Source of the DNA: Promethearchaeota archaeon
GTDB taxonomy: Archaea; Asgardarchaeota; Lokiarchaeia; Sigyniarchaeales; SOKP01
Length of the DNA stretch: 64,000 nucleotides
Assembly (NCBI GenBank): GCA_019058445.1
Contig: JAHPZA010000003.1
Coordinates: 250,810 to 314,809, forward strand
Reading direction: 5' to 3'
Shown: positions 17,273 through 27,658 of the stretch, in pieces
How positions within the stretch are numbered: position 1 is the first letter of the stretch
How the letters are laid out: every line of letters starts with the position of its first letter
Program-made: the position numbers and the translations under genes
Notes under the pieces: generated by a model
Told to the model about the DNA's origin: nothing
What the model saw: the letters and a program-made list of their open reading frames with translations, nothing else
The model's database searches: none

Positions 17273-18118
17273 ATGTTGTTAAATGTAATTGATATTCCTA
17301 TGTGGTTGATTATATTATATACGGTTCTAATTTTGTTTTTATATATCCTCATCGCATGTATAGTTGGAACCATTAAGAAAAATTGGGGAACTATGGATAT
17401 TTTTTATGGACCTGCTTATTTTGTTGTTGCTTTTACTAGCCTATATTTCATTTATAAAGAGATTGGAATAGTTTCAATTCGGCAAATAGTAGTAACAATA
17501 TTAGTCTTATTATGGGCTTTAAGACTTGCGATTTACGTCCATATTAGAAATCGAGGTAAACCAGAAGATCGTCGATATGCATTTATGCGAAAAAGATGGA
17601 AAGAAAAAGGGAAAAACGTCTTTTTAAAAAGTTTTACAAACATCTATTTATTTCAGGGACTGGTAATATTTATCGTTGTTTTTCCCACACTCTGGATAAA
17701 TGTAAATGAAAATCCTCAGATAACAAATATATTAGAATTTTCAGCAATAACCTTATGGCTCGGTGTTATACTATGGATAATTGGATTTTATTTTGAAAGT
17801 GTAGGGGATTATCAACTCTATAAATTTCTAAATAATCCGAATCGGACAAAAAGAGTAATGGACGAGGGTTTATGGAAGTACACTCAACATCCAAATTACT
17901 TTGGTGAGACTATGATGTGGTGGTCTATATTTATCATCGCATTAGCTGTTCCTTGGGGTTTTATAACAATTTTTGGACCAATCTATATTACATTTCAAAT
18001 AATTAATGTATCAGGCGTAAGATTGCTCAATAAGATTCACAAAAATGATGATGAATTTGCGGAATATAGGAGAAGAACAAGCACGTTTATCCCATGGTTT
18101 CCTAAGAAAAAGAAATAG
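17273..18118 (+). CDS. DUF1295 family (steroid 5-alpha-reductase-like) membrane protein
   Basis: WALRL, GKPEDRRY, ESVGDYQL, GLWKYTQHPNYFGE, RRTSTFIPW. Confidence 0.88.
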   Translation: MLLNVIDIPMWLIILYTVLILFLYILIACIVGTIKKNWGTMDIFYGPAYFVVAFTSLYFIYKEIGIVSIRQIVVTILVLLWALRLAIYVHIRNRGKPEDRRYAFMRKRWKEKGKNVFLKSFTNIYLFQGLVIFIVVFPTLWINVNENPQITNILEFSAITLWLGVILWIIGFYFESVGDYQLYKFLNNPNRTKRVMDEGLWKYTQHPNYFGETMMWWSIFIIALAVPWGFITIFGPIYITFQIINVSGVRLLNKIHKNDDEFAEYRRRTSTFIPWFPKKKK

Positions 18119-18158
18119 TAATTATCATTTTTTTTTCCTTTAATTTTAATTGGGTGAA

Positions 18159-19142
18159 TCACTCCCAATAAGATCTACCTCGCCAACTATCTTTTAAATC
18201 AAAATTCATTAATTCTTCAGGATAAGGATTGAAAAAAGTCTGATTTTTAAGATACGTTTCATCAAATCTTGCTATCCAGGATTTTAAAAGATTTAATAAA
18301 ATAAATAGAGGTACCCAACCAACTCTATATTTTTCTAATTCGTCAAGGAAGAAAGCTTTTTCTTCTTGTGACAGCTTTTTTTTGAAGAATCCAAGTGCAT
18401 GCATTAATACATTGATATTTGATGTATAATCAGGTGGATTTTTTATAAGCTCTAAAAACTTTTGCTCGTATTTTTCTATGATATGATCAAAATCTTTTTT
18501 CTGCGGATTAGCTGCGATTCTTCCTAAGACTCTCATGGATTCTTGGTTATATGCCATGAAAAGTAACTTATTCTTCGTGTGAAATTTAATTAGTTCATTC
18601 ATTGAATGGGACTCTTTAACTTGTCGGAAGCCTGTGATGGTGTATAATTTAATCAACCAATGTTCCCTTATCCTAAAGTTAGTTAATCTTCTCTCGGTTT
18701 CAATAGCCTTATTTGGAAAATTCTTCATTACTGCACCTCCAAATAATCCTGAACCCTTTTTGATAACATGGGAGCCTTTTAATGTTCCAGAATAATGCTT
18801 AGTTTGAAAAAGTCCGCAAGAAGGAGATTTAGATTTTAAAATAAATCCATCTACAGACCCAAGTGAATTAAAGTATTCTTCAGAGAAATTTATCATTTTA
18901 AGAGTTAAATTTCTTCCAGTACTGGGTTGAATCATTTTTAATTCTGTGTTCTCAATTATTAATCTTACTGGATCCCTTGGTACGCCTAAACCAATTCCCA
19001 CTTCTGCACACACAGGTCGAAAACCTACATACGATTTTAATAGAGTTATAAACGGACTTTTAATTATCATCCCATTCCATCTACAAAATTCAAATTCTAT
19101 ACACTTACTTATTACTACTATTGGTTCAGGAAATTCATTCAA
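18159..19142 (-). CDS. DUF523 (2-thiouracil desulfurase-like) + DUF1722 (YbgA-like) protein
   Basis: SKCI..CRWNG, PVCAEVGIGLGVPRDP, LKSKSPSCG, FHTKNKLLFMAY, NVLMHALGFFK. TTG at 19142 after GGAGG preferred over the ORF-track start 19223, which overlaps the next gene. Confidence 0.82.
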   Translation of the reverse strand: MNEFPEPIVVISKCIEFEFCRWNGMIIKSPFITLLKSYVGFRPVCAEVGIGLGVPRDPVRLIIENTELKMIQPSTGRNLTLKMINFSEEYFNSLGSVDGFILKSKSPSCGLFQTKHYSGTLKGSHVIKKGSGLFGGAVMKNFPNKAIETERRLTNFRIREHWLIKLYTITGFRQVKESHSMNELIKFHTKNKLLFMAYNQESMRVLGRIAANPQKKDFDHIIEKYEQKFLELIKNPPDYTSNINVLMHALGFFKKKLSQEEKAFFLDELEKYRVGWVPLFILLNLLKSWIARFDETYLKNQTFFNPYPEELMNFDLKDSWRGRSYWE

Positions 19143-19207
19143 ATTCCAATTCTTCCTCCATAAATGGATAATTTTGTTAATATACCCGTTTTTTTTAAAT
19201 TTTCTTT

Positions 19208-19903
19208 TTAATCTTCTACGCAAAAATCAACAGCTGCCTTTAAATGGATCTTTAAAATATTGAAAAGCGGTATATTCACATCTTCTTGCTTTATGAGTAA
19301 AGGTAATTCGGTACATCCTAAGATTATCCCTTGGACCCCGCGTTTTTCTAAATTTTCAATGATATCTAAGAATTTTATTTTAGTTTCGTCCAAAAATATT
19401 CCTTTAGCAAATTCATCATAAATCGCATTATGAATATATTTTCTATTTAATTCCTTTGGAATAATTGGATTCAAGTTATACTTATCTTTCAGTTTCTCAA
19501 TATAAAATCCACTTTCCATTGTGAATTTCGTACCTAACAACCCAATAGTCTCAACATTTCTCTCTTTAATAGCTTTGGCAGTCTCGTCAATTACATTAAT
19601 TATAGGTATTACTATTTTCTCTTGGACTTGATCTGCGATCTTGTGCATAGTATTAGAACATATAACGATTGCTGAACAGTTGGCTTTCTCAAGCGTGATG
19701 CATATTTGTGAAACTTTATCTGCTATGATATCCCATTCCTCATTGTTTTGGAGTGAAAGAATTTCCTCAAAATTAACAGAATATAATATGATCTTAGCTG
19801 AATTCCAGCCCCCTAATTTACTTTTTATCATTTCGTTTAAAATCCGATAATAATCAATCGTATTTTCCCAACTCATACCTCCAATTAATCCTAGTAGCTT
19901 CAT
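19208..19903 (-). CDS. Aspartate/glutamate racemase family (RacX/YgeA-like)
   Basis: MKLLGLIGGMSW, CSNTMH, GLLGTKFTM, ILGCTELP. Confidence 0.92.
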   Translation of the reverse strand: MKLLGLIGGMSWENTIDYYRILNEMIKSKLGGWNSAKIILYSVNFEEILSLQNNEEWDIIADKVSQICITLEKANCSAIVICSNTMHKIADQVQEKIVIPIINVIDETAKAIKERNVETIGLLGTKFTMESGFYIEKLKDKYNLNPIIPKELNRKYIHNAIYDEFAKGIFLDETKIKFLDIIENLEKRGVQGIILGCTELPLLIKQEDVNIPLFNILKIHLKAAVDFCVED

Positions 19904-20145
19904 TTTTATATTATACTCACAATTTTAATTTAAAATTAACTCTTAAAATCTATAAACATTGAAGCCTAAGTTTATTCAATCCGATTACAAATAAAATCTA
20001 GTCTAATAAAATAAAAATAGAGAATTCAAATAACATTATCTCTTATTTTTAACTAAACATATTTTAAGCTATAATTGATTACATCAATTTGAAAAATTAA
20101 AATTTGAGATAATCGCTTCAAAAAATCATCTAACAGGATTTTAAA

Positions 20146-20922
20146 ATGATAGAAGAAAAGAGAAATAAATTTTTACAGATATTCAACATTGTCGCATTCT
20201 TCATCATGATTGTATTTAACGCACTCTCGGGAACTAGGATCTTTAATAACAAATCGGTCGGTGAAGTTTCAAACAAATATCCTAATTTATTTACCCCAAC
20301 TGGTATCACATTCAGTATATGGAGCGTAATTTATCTTTTTTTACTCATTTATGTTTTTTACCAAGCTAGAGATGTTTTTAAAGCTCGAAAAGAAGAGATG
20401 CCTTTTTTAGATCAAATTAGTATATATTTCATTTTAAGCTGTTTATTTAATAGTATATGGTTAATCGTATGGCTTTATGAATTGATTTTGCTCAGTTTGA
20501 TTGTTATGATATTCTTACTCTTAACTTTAATAGCTTTATATTTACGTTTAAATATAGCAAGAGGGGATTTAAATAAGCGGGAAAAAGTCATCGTCTGGAC
20601 GCCATTTAGTCTTTATTTAGGCTGGATAACAGTAGCTACCATTGCAAATACTACAGTTTTCTTAGTTTCCATTAATTGGGATGGATTTGGAATTCCCCCG
20701 TTTATATGGACAGTTATTGTAATCATTGTTGCCTTGATACTTACTTTAACAATCCTTTATACCAGAAGGGATTTTGTATATCCGCTCGTTACTATCTGGG
20801 CTTTAATAGGGATAATTATCAGAAGATTTGATCAATATTATGATTTAGCTGTAGTTGCGATAGTCATGATTATTATAATTAGTGTAAATATGTTATTTCT
20901 CCTAATTAAAACATACAGGTAA
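20146..20922 (+). CDS. Tryptophan-rich sensory (TspO-like) multipass membrane protein
   Basis: VSNKYPNLFTPTGITFSIWSVIY and PFSLYLGWITVATIAN motifs. Confidence 0.7.
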   Translation: MIEEKRNKFLQIFNIVAFFIMIVFNALSGTRIFNNKSVGEVSNKYPNLFTPTGITFSIWSVIYLFLLIYVFYQARDVFKARKEEMPFLDQISIYFILSCLFNSIWLIVWLYELILLSLIVMIFLLLTLIALYLRLNIARGDLNKREKVIVWTPFSLYLGWITVATIANTTVFLVSINWDGFGIPPFIWTVIVIIVALILTLTILYTRRDFVYPLVTIWALIGIIIRRFDQYYDLAVVAIVMIIIISVNMLFLLIKTYR

Positions 20923-21087
20923 TATATTTGTAATTATTGCCCAAAAAGAGTGTGTGCTTTTTCAGTTAATCTGCCTTTTCCAATATAAAACTTATAAGTT
21001 AAATAAATAAGAATTAAATAGTGGGTTAAGGTATATCATTTAACATATAAGATTTATGAAAAATAAATTCACTACAGATGAGAAAAA

Positions 21088-21489
21088 TTGGCAGTTGATA
21101 TTAATTGGGTGGCAGTAATTGTTGTTGGTATTATATATTTCTTAATAGTGTTTTTCTGGTATTATCCGCAAATTTTTGGAAATATGTGGCTCAAGTTAGT
21201 TGGTAAAGAAGGAGTAGAAAAATCAAAAATCATCAAGGAATCAATTGTTATGGTGTTAACAAGCATCATAACTGTGCTAATAATTGAGGTTCTATTAGAT
21301 TTGACAGGTTGGAACGATGTAAGTTCCGCTTTACTAATGAGTTTGCTTTTATGGGTCGGATTTGTAGCAATGCTAGCGATAAATCAGAATATCTTTAATG
21401 ATAGAGGTGTAAAATTATTTTTTATTGAATATGGTGCCTATTTAGTTGCTTTTTTAGTGTCAGGATTAATTTTAGCTCTATGGCAATAA
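21088..21489 (+). CDS. DUF1761 family membrane protein
   Basis: INWVAVIV..WY.P.IFGNMWLKLVG; four TM segments. Confidence 0.75.
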   Translation: MAVDINWVAVIVVGIIYFLIVFFWYYPQIFGNMWLKLVGKEGVEKSKIIKESIVMVLTSIITVLIIEVLLDLTGWNDVSSALLMSLLLWVGFVAMLAINQNIFNDRGVKLFFIEYGAYLVAFLVSGLILALWQ

Positions 21490-21578
21490 ATAAATCCATT
21501 TTTTTAATTATTTTGTTTTCAAGGTTGCTTAAAATTAACTTTTACTCCAAAAAAAAGAGAAAAATAATGAAATATAAA

Positions 21579-23360
21579 TTATTTCTTATACTTTTTAAAA
21601 AGCGGGTCTTCTATTTGTAATGCTCTCCGTTGAACCTTACCCAAGATATTTTTTGGTACCTCATCAATAAATTCAACTAATTTAGGGACTTTCCAATTAG
21701 TCATATATTCTTCCATCCATGTGTGTAATTCTTCTTCGGTTATGGTTCCCACATATTCCGGTTTTATGGCTACCCATACTTTTGCAATCTCTCCGACTTT
21801 ACCCTCCGGATCAGGTAGACCTGCAACAGCTGCTTCACTCACTTTTTTGTGTTTCATAATCATAGTCTCTACTTCAGTGGGAAATACAGAATGGCCAGCT
21901 ACTTTAATTAATTGTTTCTTACGATCTCTAAGAACCACAGTCCCATCTGGATTCATAAATCCGATATCGCCAGTTCGAAGCCAAATCCTATCATTCCATT
22001 CCTGTAGAGTCTCTTTGGTTTCTTCTGGTTGATCCAAATATCCTTTCATAACCTGTGGGCCGGAAATACAGAGTTCCCCGGTATTCTGTTCTCCATATTT
22101 TGAACCAGGTAATCCGATAGCTATAGGACCATCATCAAGAGTGGGGGCATCTGATGGCCAAATGCCCCAATCCGTACCAGGTAATGGCAATCCTATTACT
22201 CCAATTGGGCTCTCACCGAACAGGTTACCAGCCCCTACAACAGGAGAAGCTTCACTTAATCCATAACCCTCGACCAGTTTCCCTCCTGTTTTTTCAACAA
22301 AAGCATCTCGAACAGGTTTATGTAGAGGTCCTGCGCCAGAAATACAGAGCTTTAATTTTCCAAATAATCCTTTAAATTGTCTTAGATTCTTATAATCTGC
22401 AATTCTTTTAAAAAGGATTTCTGCTCCTGCATAGATAAGCCCATTTGGAGCGTTAATTTCGTTGAGTTCATTAAGAAATTCTCCAGTTTCGGGAGGTCTC
22501 GGAAAGAGCATTATGAATCCCCCTAAAGCAATAGATGCATTCATACATGCTGTCATTCCGAATGAATGAAAGAGTGGTAAAGCGGCGATATCCCCAACTC
22601 CCGGATCTTCACCACCAAACCAGAGCATACATTGAATAGCGTTAGTAACTATATTAAAATGGGTTAATATTGTGGCTTTCGGTATGCCAGTTGTTCCCCC
22701 TGTCATAATGTACGTTGCTGTGTCATTCACGGGATCAATCTTAATATTAGGGAGATCTGGTGGTGTTTTTAAGAGATCTAATAACTTATAAGTGTTAGGA
22801 AAATCAACTTTGCCTCCTGGAATTCTCCCTATTATCTTACCCAATAACTTTTTATATCCTGGAAGTCCAGAAGCTAAATCGGCTATATTGGAAGATATTA
22901 TAAAATCGAGATTAATTTTATGGAGAATTGGTTTGATTAACTCGCTATACAAAAAATCCATTATAATTAAATATTTAGCCTTTGTAATTTCTAGATGATG
23001 TAAAATCTCTAACGGTTTGTATGTTGGATTAATACCTGTAGCTATAGCTCCTATCTTTAACGCAGCATAAAAAGCTATAACATACTGGATACTATTTGGC
23101 ATGAGAATCGCTACTGTCTCTCCTTTTTTCACGCCTAAATTATGAAGTGCGGTGCCTAATGAATCAATCATTTTTCCGGCCTCTTCATAAGTCATCCAAG
23201 AATATAAAAACCACATCATAGCTTTATCACTATATTTCTTGCGCTGTCTCTCGAAAAACTCTCCAGCAGATATTTCTTCAAAATCATAAGTATGAGGTGT
23301 GTTTTCTGGCCACCATTTTCTAAACCATGCTTTTTCTTCATTTATTTGCAATTCTGTCAT
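21579..23360 (-). CDS. Long-chain-fatty-acid--CoA ligase (FadD-like)
   Basis: MTGGTTGIPK, EGYGLSEASP, GELCISGPQVMKGY, RTGDIG, DRKKQLIK. Confidence 0.92.
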   Translation of the reverse strand: MTELQINEEKAWFRKWWPENTPHTYDFEEISAGEFFERQRKKYSDKAMMWFLYSWMTYEEAGKMIDSLGTALHNLGVKKGETVAILMPNSIQYVIAFYAALKIGAIATGINPTYKPLEILHHLEITKAKYLIIMDFLYSELIKPILHKINLDFIISSNIADLASGLPGYKKLLGKIIGRIPGGKVDFPNTYKLLDLLKTPPDLPNIKIDPVNDTATYIMTGGTTGIPKATILTHFNIVTNAIQCMLWFGGEDPGVGDIAALPLFHSFGMTACMNASIALGGFIMLFPRPPETGEFLNELNEINAPNGLIYAGAEILFKRIADYKNLRQFKGLFGKLKLCISGAGPLHKPVRDAFVEKTGGKLVEGYGLSEASPVVGAGNLFGESPIGVIGLPLPGTDWGIWPSDAPTLDDGPIAIGLPGSKYGEQNTGELCISGPQVMKGYLDQPEETKETLQEWNDRIWLRTGDIGFMNPDGTVVLRDRKKQLIKVAGHSVFPTEVETMIMKHKKVSEAAVAGLPDPEGKVGEIAKVWVAIKPEYVGTITEEELHTWMEEYMTNWKVPKLVEFIDEVPKNILGKVQRRALQIEDPLFKKYKK

Positions 23361-23508
23361 ATATCATCACTTCTAAAATCTATAATGTTAGAATTCATGA
23401 AATTGAAATTCAATTTTTTTTAAAATTGGGAAAATTTGATATTAAATTTTGTATCTAATTTAGAATCTTTAATATATAAATCTTTAAAGTTTTCCAAGAA
23501 ACTTTCAA

Positions 23509-24693
23509 TTAGTTTAGTTGAATCGGATATTTACCATATTGGCTTAAAGTCTCTCTCATGGCAAGGAAGTTATCTAGTTTAACTGCGGGATTTATACTGT
23601 GTCCAGAGCTTAAAATTAAACCTCCCCCAGGCGCGATTTCTCTGAGTAACCTTTTTGTATACTCCTTAATAGTTCCAGGACTCTTATCTGAGAGATCCTG
23701 GGGTGACACATTGCCTACAAATGTGATTTTATCTCCATACTTTTCATTTAACTTAAAAATGTCAAATTCAGAATTTGCGGTTGTAGGTTCGATTGGATGA
23801 ACCGCATCAACTCCGCATTTGATGATATCCTCAAATAGCTTTTCTATATCACCGCAACTGTGTAATATGAATTTTAATCCTCCTTTATGAGCCGTATCAC
23901 ATATGCGCTTTAACCAAGGAAATACATATTTCCGATAATTTAAAGGGCTCATGAATGGCCCTCCTTTATAACCATAATCATCACACATAATAACTGCTCC
24001 GTTTTCTCCCCATTCAATTAAACGTTTAACTAATTCTACCGTAAATTTACCTCTATTATCGAAAACTTTCTTAATATTTTCTCTTTGAGCTAATAAACGG
24101 CTAAAATTTTCTAATCCAAATGCCTCCCAAGTCATTTCCATCATACCAAAAATCATTGGTGCTATATGTACTTTCCCCGCAAATTTTTCCTCAAGACGTT
24201 TAGCTTCTTTCTGAATTTCTTCCCTTCTTGGATCATCTGGATCTAAAGGAGGAAATTTTTCAAATTCTTCAAAGTCTTTTATCCCTCCTCCCATATAATA
24301 TACAATGTCCATATTATCAGAAGGATTTAGTTTAAAATGATTAATCCTTCCATATTCATCTATAAAACCATCTTTATCGAATAATTTGGGAAATAAAGCT
24401 ACTGGTGAAGGAACAAGATCTATTCCAATTCGTTTATATAATTTTACAATAGTTGGCAAACCCATTTTAAAAGAATTTATTCCCCCCAATAACTTATTAA
24501 ATTGCTCGCTATTTTCAAATTGTGTCTCATATACAGTTTTATAAGCCTGACCAGCACCTAATAATCCATACTTAACTTTAAAATGTTTGCATACAGCTAA
24601 ATTGTCAATTGATGACTCAAAAGAAGGCACACAATCAGCTTCTTCATGATTAATTACTTTAATAATTCGTTCCCGTGCAGTCATTCTCTCCAT
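23509..24693 (-). CDS. Uroporphyrinogen decarboxylase/MtaA-CmuA-like family protein
   Basis: MTARERI..NHEEAD, DDYG...FMSP, LHSCG, HPIE, GGGLILSSGHSI. Start moved to ATG 24693 (AAGGAG upstream) to avoid overlap with fucI. Confidence 0.85.
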   Translation of the reverse strand: MERMTARERIIKVINHEEADCVPSFESSIDNLAVCKHFKVKYGLLGAGQAYKTVYETQFENSEQFNKLLGGINSFKMGLPTIVKLYKRIGIDLVPSPVALFPKLFDKDGFIDEYGRINHFKLNPSDNMDIVYYMGGGIKDFEEFEKFPPLDPDDPRREEIQKEAKRLEEKFAGKVHIAPMIFGMMEMTWEAFGLENFSRLLAQRENIKKVFDNRGKFTVELVKRLIEWGENGAVIMCDDYGYKGGPFMSPLNYRKYVFPWLKRICDTAHKGGLKFILHSCGDIEKLFEDIIKCGVDAVHPIEPTTANSEFDIFKLNEKYGDKITFVGNVSPQDLSDKSPGTIKEYTKRLLREIAPGGGLILSSGHSINPAVKLDNFLAMRETLSQYGKYPIQLN

Positions 24694-24718
24694 TTTTCTC
24701 TCTCCTTTGCAGGCGTTC

Positions 24719-26515
24719 TTACTTATAAAGTGGACCAAAATTTGCACATGCTCGATAATCTGCTCCTTCCAAATCATTTGTTCCGAAAGCATTCCAAGCA
24801 CTTGGTCTAAATATATTATTTTCTACTATATTATGCATGCAGACAGGAATTCTGAGCATAGATGCGAGCGTAATTAAATCTGCACCAATATGACCATAAC
24901 ATAAAGAACCATGGTTAGCACCCCAGTTATTCATTACATCATATACTGTTCTAAAAGCACCCTTATCTGTTAATCGTGGGGCGAACCATGTTGTAGGCCA
25001 CGTAGGATCAGTACGTTCATTAAGAATTTTATGAATCTCTTTTGGAAGATCTACCGTCCAACCCTCCGCAAGTTGTAAAACGGGGCCTAATCCTTTTACA
25101 ATGTTTAATCTTGACATAGTTATTGCCATTCCACCCCTTGTAAGAAAATTTGTAGAAAATCCACCTCCCCTAAAGTACGGAACTGTCGCAGCATGCCAAG
25201 TTGTAAATTCACAGCACTTCCTTGCTTCATCTTCTGAAATTTCCCAAAAAGGTTTTAATGCCGGATTTCCATTTCTTTCTTGTTGACCCGTTCCGTCTAT
25301 CGCTGCTGGTCCAGAATTAATTAAATGTATTATTCCCTCTTTAGCAAGTCCTGTTAATTCTTTGCCAGTTACCCGCTTCACTGCATTAGCACTCCAATAG
25401 GTTCTTACATCCGCAAAGATTTGTGCTGTACCCGTTAATAAGTGTCCAAATAGCATTGTAAGTCCATTTAACGAGTCATTTTCAGTTGCCACTAGATATG
25501 GTTGACGGATCCCATTCCAGTCAAAAGATGAATTTAGTAGTGATTCAATAAAATCTCCATTTGGCATCCAATCAGTCCAATGTCTTTGACCTTGAAATCC
25601 TGAGACAATTGCATTATGACCAAATGATTCCTCTCCATACCCTAATTCTTTTAACCTCGGATTTCCGACCATCAAATCTCGTACTATCATAGCCATCTTA
25701 ACCATAATATCCCATTCTTTGTCCTTTTGCTCCCTTGATTTTTGTATCTCGGGGGGATTATGGTCTTTTCCTTCTTTACAATTTTGCTTTACCCATTTAA
25801 TTGCTTTTTCGAATTCTTGTTTATCATATATATTTTCTTTTAATCTACGGCTTATCTCTGACATATCAACATATTCATTACGCATACCTAAATAATCTTG
25901 GAAATAATTCTCCATAATTATAGAACCCGCTATCCCCATGGAGACAGATCCAATTGAAAGATAAGACTTTCCTCTCATCCATGCTACTGCTAATCCCGCT
26001 TTCGTAAAGCATAAAAGTTTTGCTTTAACATCGTCAGGAATTGTCCTGTCATCCGCTTCTTGAACGTCTTGTCCATAAATACCATAAGCGGGAATGCCCT
26101 TTTGAGAATGAGCTGCTAAAACTGCCGCAAGATACACTGCACCTGGTCTTTCGGTTCCATTAAATCCCCATATTGCTTTAGGAATAAAAGGAGTCATATC
26201 CATAGTTTCCGCACCATAACACCAGCTAGGCGTCACCGTTATTGATAATCCAACATTCTCTTTTTGAAATTTGTCTGCACAATCTATAGCCTCAGCTACA
26301 CCACCAATAGTAGTATCAGCAATTACACATTCTATATTCATACCATTAGGATGTTTCAAGTTTTTTCTTAAAAATTCGGCACAGGCTTTAGCCATATCCA
26401 TTGTTTGTTCTTCAAGGGCATCTCGAACACCCATTTCTCGACCATCAATAGTAGGTCTTATTCCTATTTTTGGAAAATCTCCACGGAGTCTTTTTTTACC
26501 AACATGTTTTTGCAT
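24719..26515 (-). CDS. fucI: L-fucose isomerase
   Basis: [73 protein letters not shown]. Confidence 0.96.
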   Translation of the reverse strand: MQKHVGKKRLRGDFPKIGIRPTIDGREMGVRDALEEQTMDMAKACAEFLRKNLKHPNGMNIECVIADTTIGGVAEAIDCADKFQKENVGLSITVTPSWCYGAETMDMTPFIPKAIWGFNGTERPGAVYLAAVLAAHSQKGIPAYGIYGQDVQEADDRTIPDDVKAKLLCFTKAGLAVAWMRGKSYLSIGSVSMGIAGSIIMENYFQDYLGMRNEYVDMSEISRRLKENIYDKQEFEKAIKWVKQNCKEGKDHNPPEIQKSREQKDKEWDIMVKMAMIVRDLMVGNPRLKELGYGEESFGHNAIVSGFQGQRHWTDWMPNGDFIESLLNSSFDWNGIRQPYLVATENDSLNGLTMLFGHLLTGTAQIFADVRTYWSANAVKRVTGKELTGLAKEGIIHLINSGPAAIDGTGQQERNGNPALKPFWEISEDEARKCCEFTTWHAATVPYFRGGGFSTNFLTRGGMAITMSRLNIVKGLGPVLQLAEGWTVDLPKEIHKILNERTDPTWPTTWFAPRLTDKGAFRTVYDVMNNWGANHGSLCYGHIGADLITLASMLRIPVCMHNIVENNIFRPSAWNAFGTNDLEGADYRACANFGPLYK

Positions 26516-26603
26516 TTTTTAATCACTTTTATTAAATAATTGCTAATGGCTAAAATTTTCTGTCATTTATTCAAATAATTATTATTTTTTTTAATTTTTT
26601 CTT

Positions 26604-27638
26604 TTACTCTATAACTGCTTGAAAAAGAGCTTGTATATTTACTGGAGGTACATCGGGAAGTATTGCCTCATGACTTGGGGAGATTATTAAACCTGTCGGC
26701 ATGATAGTTTTTAATTCATATACTTTCTCTCTGACCTGATCAGCTGTACCAAAGACTAATAACTCTTGGGCATCAACTCCTCCACAAAATGAAACTTTAT
26801 CGGAAAAATGCTTTTTTAATCTTACAAGTTCCATATTAACTGCTAATGCTTGAATAGGATGTATAGCATCCACACCTATATTTATTAATTCGGGAATTGC
26901 CTCAAAAATCGAGCCACAAGAGTGATAAATAACTTTTAATCCATAAGATTTTGCTTGATCAACGAGCTTTTTTGCTCCAGGCATTGCAAATTTTTTTATA
27001 TTATCTGGAGAAAGCATTAAACGTTTCTGACCTCCAAAATCATTACCTATTAAAACCGCATCGAGCATACCTTTTGTTGCCTCGTAGAATATTTTATTGG
27101 CTTTAAGATAAAACTCAATGATTTTATCATGAACGGCTGTAAAAATATCTGGATATCTTAGCATTGTAACAAATGCTGTTGACATTCCAAATGCCGAATA
27201 CACATCTTGAAAGTGTGCAGACCAAAGAACCCCCATAACAGGATAACCCTCTGGCACTTCTTCTACCACCCTTCTACATTGCTCCTCATCTAAATGTTCA
27301 TCAGGTTCAGGCCAATCAAAAGCATCAATATCATCTTTTAATGGATCTTTATAATCTTCAAAAAATCCAGGTGCTGTTAATGTCCTATGTTCCATATCTT
27401 GACCCTTTTTAGGAAAATCGAATGCCATTGCGATATGATTATTTGGAGGATGATTATAAGGAACATCCACATCCCAAATATCACTTCCTATTTTTATTTT
27501 TAATTCTTGAAGATTGGACACTTTAAAATACTTAAATAGTGCTTCATAAGCTGCTGGGACAGGCATTCCTAACCAACAAGCTGGACGATCTACAGGTTTT
27601 CTCTCTATTGTAGCAAAAAATCTGTCAATATGATTCAA
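26604..27638 (-). CDS. Uroporphyrinogen decarboxylase/MtaA-CmuA-like family protein
   Basis: PVDRP, GNDFGGQKRLMLSP, YHSCGS, HPIQ, FCGGVDAQ, SPSHEA. Confidence 0.85.
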   Translation of the reverse strand: MNHIDRFFATIERKPVDRPACWLGMPVPAAYEALFKYFKVSNLQELKIKIGSDIWDVDVPYNHPPNNHIAMAFDFPKKGQDMEHRTLTAPGFFEDYKDPLKDDIDAFDWPEPDEHLDEEQCRRVVEEVPEGYPVMGVLWSAHFQDVYSAFGMSTAFVTMLRYPDIFTAVHDKIIEFYLKANKIFYEATKGMLDAVLIGNDFGGQKRLMLSPDNIKKFAMPGAKKLVDQAKSYGLKVIYHSCGSIFEAIPELINIGVDAIHPIQALAVNMELVRLKKHFSDKVSFCGGVDAQELLVFGTADQVREKVYELKTIMPTGLIISPSHEAILPDVPPVNIQALFQAVIE

Positions 27639-27658
27639 TTAAACACCATCCTTATTAA

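Noticed and set aside
24694-24801. Long N-terminal extensions in the ORF track (also 19143-19223, 15572-15646, 44289-44351)
   Set aside because: They overlap neighbours or promoters; downstream starts have RBS support or match paralogue N-termini.
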